From: a virus
Lineage: Duplodnaviria > Caudoviricetes
Length of the DNA: 38,122 nucleotides
Direction: 5' to 3' (one strand)
Virus record (IMG/VR): IMGVR_UViG_3300016654_000295
Span: 1-38,122 of that record
In this document: positions 34,706-38,122 of the stretch, piece by piece
Layout: each line of letters begins with the position of its first letter
Numbering within the stretch: position 1 is the first letter of the stretch
Position numbers and translations under genes: made by a program
Notes under the pieces: model-generated
Database searches by the model: none
Seen by the model: only the letters and a program-made list of their open reading frames with translations
Told to the model about the DNA's origin: nothing

Positions 34706-35533
34706 CTAAAATCCTTTTTTTTCCTCAGCTAGTGCTGCTTTCCGATCAATGCCGTAGCGCCGGATTTTTTTAATTACAAAGGCGCCCGGCTTGAAAGGCT
34801 CTCCCAACATCATTCCATAGTTTGACTCACTGATTAGCGCTCCGCTCAAAGTAAAACTATTATTGAGAATAAAGATGTGGGTAGGCTTAATTAGCATTTC
34901 AATGCCATTGAACAATATTCGACCCCGATTGATTATGACTTTGTTTGGCGGGGAAAATATTATTTCCACCAAGATCTCTCTTGCTGCGGATCGAATCGTT
35001 AGCGTTGTGCCAATTAGTTGAACGTCCCAAGGGTCAATGGAAAATACAAGTTGATTTTTTACTATTTGCATAATGCAAATATTGTTCTCGTCAAGTAGAA
35101 GCATGTTTAGAAGCACATGGCCGTCTTCAAAGTGAAAGCCTATAAGTACGGTTCCGTCTATCACAAGCGCAGCTATACCTCTTTGTAAGTCGCCAGTTTT
35201 TATCGTATTGCTTCCAATAACTATTTCCGCAAAATCTCCTCTGAAGTGAAGGCTGTAGGGAGGTGTCACTCCCTCTCTAAGGTTGAATGGATTGTCATTG
35301 TTGCTTTTAACTTCCTCTATAGGAAGGAGCTTCCCTGTCTTCTCACGATGATGGCGGTCACATAAAAGCGTTATTTCCTCCGCAACATGGCGCTTTACGA
35401 TGGCCCACTCTTCCATGTGTTCATATTCATAGAGCGGTAGCCCGCAAATCACGCACCCGAACCCACAGCGTTGTCTAACTAGGCGCTTAATGGGTTCCGG
35501 AATGTCACGTTGTTGAGGTTGTTCGGCTGTCAT
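34706..35533 (-). CDS. HNH-like nuclease domain protein with beta-rich C-terminal domain (moron)
   Basis: VRQRCGFGCVICG...EYEH...LLCDRHH; AT-rich; AAGGAG RBS before ATG at 35533. Confidence 0.8.
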   Translation of the reverse strand: MTAEQPQQRDIPEPIKRLVRQRCGFGCVICGLPLYEYEHMEEWAIVKRHVAEEITLLCDRHHREKTGKLLPIEEVKSNNDNPFNLREGVTPPYSLHFRGDFAEIVIGSNTIKTGDLQRGIAALVIDGTVLIGFHFEDGHVLLNMLLLDENNICIMQIVKNQLVFSIDPWDVQLIGTTLTIRSAAREILVEIIFSPPNKVIINRGRILFNGIEMLIKPTHIFILNNSFTLSGALISESNYGMMLGEPFKPGAFVIKKIRRYGIDRKAALAEEKKGF

Positions 35534-35700
35534 CGTCTGCTCCTTGTGAATTAAGAATCTGTTTGTCAGATTGTATTTCGTTGATTTGGACAACCTCAAA
35601 ATGACCACAAAATCCGGTCCAACGATCATAACTGTAGCATCGGCTAGCCATCGGGCCAGGAGAGATAAGGTTACCCTTGAGCTCCGAGATCCAATGCTCT

Positions 35701-35750
35701 GGCCGAGTAGCCGGCGGAACGGCAAAATTCGATTCCGACCTCGGCCTCCA
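35701..35750 (+). other. tRNA-Cys-like fragment / putative attR core
   Basis: TTCGATTCCGACCTCGGCCTCCA is a T-loop, acceptor strand, U73 and CCA. GGCCGAG at 35701 pairs with CTCGGCC. No anticodon arm. Cys identity from U73 and my recollection of Pseudomonas tRNA-Cys. Confidence 0.75.
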
Positions 35751-35757
35751 CTCTTAG

Positions 35758-35790
35758 AAACCCCGTAAATTAACGTCTACGGGGTTTTTT
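35758..35790. terminator. Intrinsic terminator after tRNA fragment
   Basis: AAACCCCGTA...TACGGGGTTT plus T run. Confidence 0.8.
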
Positions 35791-35812
35791 ATTGCGTGCG
35801 ATTTGGGAGCGG

Positions 35813-35841
35813 TTCCGCAATTTTCGAAAACCCTTCCGCAA
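35813..35841. repeat. TTCCGCAA direct repeat, candidate integrase arm-type sites
   Basis: Copies at 35813 and 35834; inverted GCGGAA at 35714. Confidence 0.45.
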
Positions 35842-36004
35842 CCCCTACGATTCATGTGTCAGGCGAAGCTGTATTTGCCGGTAGACCGCTGCTCGTTTTC
35901 GTGGCGACTAAATGGGCGGAAATGGTGGACTGACCCCTATTTACCCTGCTTGCGTTGACATTGGCGTGCGAGCGGCAGCCGATGCCGCCGCAAGGCGTGT
36001 CGAA

Positions 36005-36179
36005 GCCAATCAGGCAGGCAATCCGCGCAGTCCTGGTGCTTGCCGACGTGCTCAAGCGCGCTGATAAGAAAGCGGAAGACTTGGCGGCAGATGCTAATCA
36101 AAGCCGGAGTAGAGGAGTGACGTGCGCAAAGGCATATGATGAGATTGCAGATACAAAAAATGCTAATGTGCCACCATAA
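36005..36179 (+). pseudogene. C-terminal remnant of a DUF2514-type Rz spanin
   Basis: VLADVLKRADKKAEDLA...RGVTCAKAYD resembles the Rz C-terminus; no N-terminal TM. Confidence 0.65.
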
Positions 36180-36202
36180 AAAATCAGTGGCGGGTAGGGA
36201 AC

Positions 36203-37345
36203 GTGGTCAAGGAGTTCGAGTTCATTAACTTTTTCAGAGCAATTGCTGCTCTGTGGGTGCTGGTTGCGCATTGCATGATCTGGGGGGGCTGGTACGGCAT
36301 ACCACTCCCTTCTCCTAAAATTGCAGTGAACCTGTTTATGCTTATATCGGGTTTTTTAATGATGGCTAACGCTACCGCCCGAAGAAACGTAGAACCGTTC
36401 AGTGATCGCAGTAGTTGGTATAAATTCTGGATTAGACGGTACTTCCGACTAGCTCCTGCATACTATCTGTCTCTTGTTGTAGCTGTTATTGCAGGTTCGT
36501 ACTTTTTGTCAGGTTATGGCGAGCTCCAAAAATTGAACCCTGCCGTATGGGGCGGGGGGACAGTATATGATCCGGCTAAGATAAATTACTCGATAGAGAA
36601 TTTGATTCTACACGTGACGTTTTTATTTGGTCTGCATCCCGAATATTCTTTTTCAACTTTTCTCCCTGATTGGAGTTTGAGTTTGGAGATGCAGTTTTAT
36701 GCTGTGTTCCCTTTGCTGTTTCTTGTTTTTTCAAGAACGGGCGTTGCAAAAGCTTCGTTGTTGGTTGGTATTCCTATGATCTTTATAGGGGTGTGGGTGA
36801 ATACAAAATTCCACTATATTGAGCCATCACTACTTATTCTGCGCCTGCATTATTTTTTGGCGGGCATGGTTTTATTTGCCGCGATGAACGCGGCTATAGC
36901 AGTGAAGCGACAGTTGTGTCTTTTTATATGCGCGCTATTGCTTGTTTTTATTGGCTCAAAAAAAGAGCACGATTATTTTGTCTTGCCAGGTTTTCTTGCG
37001 CTAATGTTTGTGCTGGGGAAGGTAGAGCAAGCAGGGAATTTACCTAATAATATTGAAAAAGTATTCAATAGTAAGATTGTTCATTTCGCATCAGAGACCT
37101 CATATGGGCTTTATTTGTTTCATGGTTTCTTTATATCATTGAGTGGGTTGGTAATATCAGGGTCGCCTTATCTCTTAGAATTTTCGCCTGGGGTGCGAGT
37201 TGGTTTAATGGTCCCTTTTGTCCTGATTTTATCCTACCTTACTGCGTATATTGTAAACGTTACTATAGAAAAGCCTGGAATAAATATAGGTCGTCAGTTT
37301 GCGCGGAAGTTTGCTGCTAAGACGTTGCCGGCAAAACCTGCGTGA
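36203..37345 (+). CDS. Acyltransferase-3 family membrane protein (OafA/Oac-like)
   Basis: FRAIAALWVLVAH, FMLISGFLM, RRYFRLAPAY, WSLSLEMQFY, SYGLYLFH. Confidence 0.92.
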   Translation: MVKEFEFINFFRAIAALWVLVAHCMIWGGWYGIPLPSPKIAVNLFMLISGFLMMANATARRNVEPFSDRSSWYKFWIRRYFRLAPAYYLSLVVAVIAGSYFLSGYGELQKLNPAVWGGGTVYDPAKINYSIENLILHVTFLFGLHPEYSFSTFLPDWSLSLEMQFYAVFPLLFLVFSRTGVAKASLLVGIPMIFIGVWVNTKFHYIEPSLLILRLHYFLAGMVLFAAMNAAIAVKRQLCLFICALLLVFIGSKKEHDYFVLPGFLALMFVLGKVEQAGNLPNNIEKVFNSKIVHFASETSYGLYLFHGFFISLSGLVISGSPYLLEFSPGVRVGLMVPFVLILSYLTAYIVNVTIEKPGINIGRQFARKFAAKTLPAKPA

Positions 37346-37387
37346 TAGTTCTATTTTCCGTATAAAAAACGCATGTGAGAGGCTGAT

Positions 37388-38122
37388 ATGAAAAGATTTG
37401 CTCAAGCTATTGAAGAATCTCTCGAATCTGAAAATTGGAACGCTGCGCTTTTTGTAGCACTTACACTACCAGATATTTGCTGTCGGATGGAAACAGGGCG
37501 TAAAGTAAATAAACATACTTACGCCGCATGGTTTGAGAAGTACTTGGGGTGTTTCTATACTGAGGGAGATACCGTTTTCTTAGCAGGCTATGATTGTTAT
37601 GCATTAAGGTGCGCGTTGCTCCATGAGGGAGTTGCAGACCTAGCCGAGCAAGACGCAAGAACCAAAGCTATAGCTCGATTTCATTTCACTATAGCTACTT
37701 GCGATATGGTTCTCGATGACGATGTGTTGCAACTGGATGTGAGAGATTTTTGTAGGTATGTGATTTTCGGAGTGTTCGAATGGCTTAAGGAATTCCAAAC
37801 AAATGATTCAGATCACATAGCCAAATTGGACACGCTTTTATTTGTGCACGTAGGAGACAGTCTTGTAAAAAACGTTATCGTCGCAGGGGAAGATCGATTC
37901 CCCAATGTCGATGGCGATACACATGCGCTGCTTAACGGTATGTATGAGGCGGGGTCAAGTGAAATTGAAATGGAAAATCTTCTTTTGTCGAAAGGATATC
38001 CGAAAGTATATGTGAGCGAAAAAGTCACGACGCATATTGCACGACTCTTGATCACGGTTAGGGGAAGAGAGATTCATGGTCGACGCCTTCAGGCACTGAC
38101 AAACCCTCAAACTGAAGAGTAA
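37388..38122 (+). CDS. Hypothetical protein, HEPN-like N-terminal domain
   Basis: ALTLPDIC...YAAWF...YALRCALLHEG (Rx4H); AT-rich. Confidence 0.65.
   Translation: MKRFAQAIEESLESENWNAALFVALTLPDICCRMETGRKVNKHTYAAWFEKYLGCFYTEGDTVFLAGYDCYALRCALLHEGVADLAEQDARTKAIARFHFTIATCDMVLDDDVLQLDVRDFCRYVIFGVFEWLKEFQTNDSDHIAKLDTLLFVHVGDSLVKNVIVAGEDRFPNVDGDTHALLNGMYEAGSSEIEMENLLLSKGYPKVYVSEKVTTHIARLLITVRGREIHGRRLQALTNPQTEE

Larger units (their letters stand above)
747..35750. mobile_element. Temperate prophage with HK97-type head and Mu-like contractile tail (SfV/P27-like architecture)
   Basis: Integration, immunity, replication, packaging, head, tail and lysis modules in order. Right end set at the tRNA 3' fragment; the left att is not visible and probably lies upstream of position 1. 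Confidence 0.9.

Noticed and set aside
35534-35725. N-terminal extension of the HNH moron
   Set aside because: Runs into the att element; a clear AAGGAG precedes ATG at 35533
35701-35750. Functional full-length tRNA
   Set aside because: Only 50 nt, with no D or anticodon arm

Overview
A largely intact temperate prophage, most likely from a Pseudomonas host (inferred from gene content and a tRNA-Cys-like att fragment). Order: AT-rich cargo gene, tyrosine integrase and DUF4224 excisionase, then a leftward early operon (PAPS-reductase-like, HD hydrolase, YfdQ/YfdP-like, PrtN-like, antirepressor-like, dNMP kinase). A cI/cro switch follows, then CII, a TraR zinc finger, a Prim-Pol/SF3 helicase, an iteron cluster, a PA0613-like late regulator, two holin-like genes and HNH. 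After these come an HK97-type head, a Mu-like contractile tail, a SleB-type endolysin, nested spanins and an AT-rich HNH moron. At 35701-35750 is a tRNA-Cys-like att element, followed by what looks like a collapsed older prophage (Rz fragment, acyltransferase, HEPN-like gene). The strongest unexplained signal is non-coding: a ~230-nt array of alternating hairpins between cro and cII. Its loop motifs (CCTCTCACCAA and CAGCACAT) recur next to four start codons of the leftward operon, always in transcript orientation. A second oddity is that the att element reads as a 50-nt mini-tRNA retaining both acceptor strands. All family calls are by motif recognition and synteny; no database searches were run.
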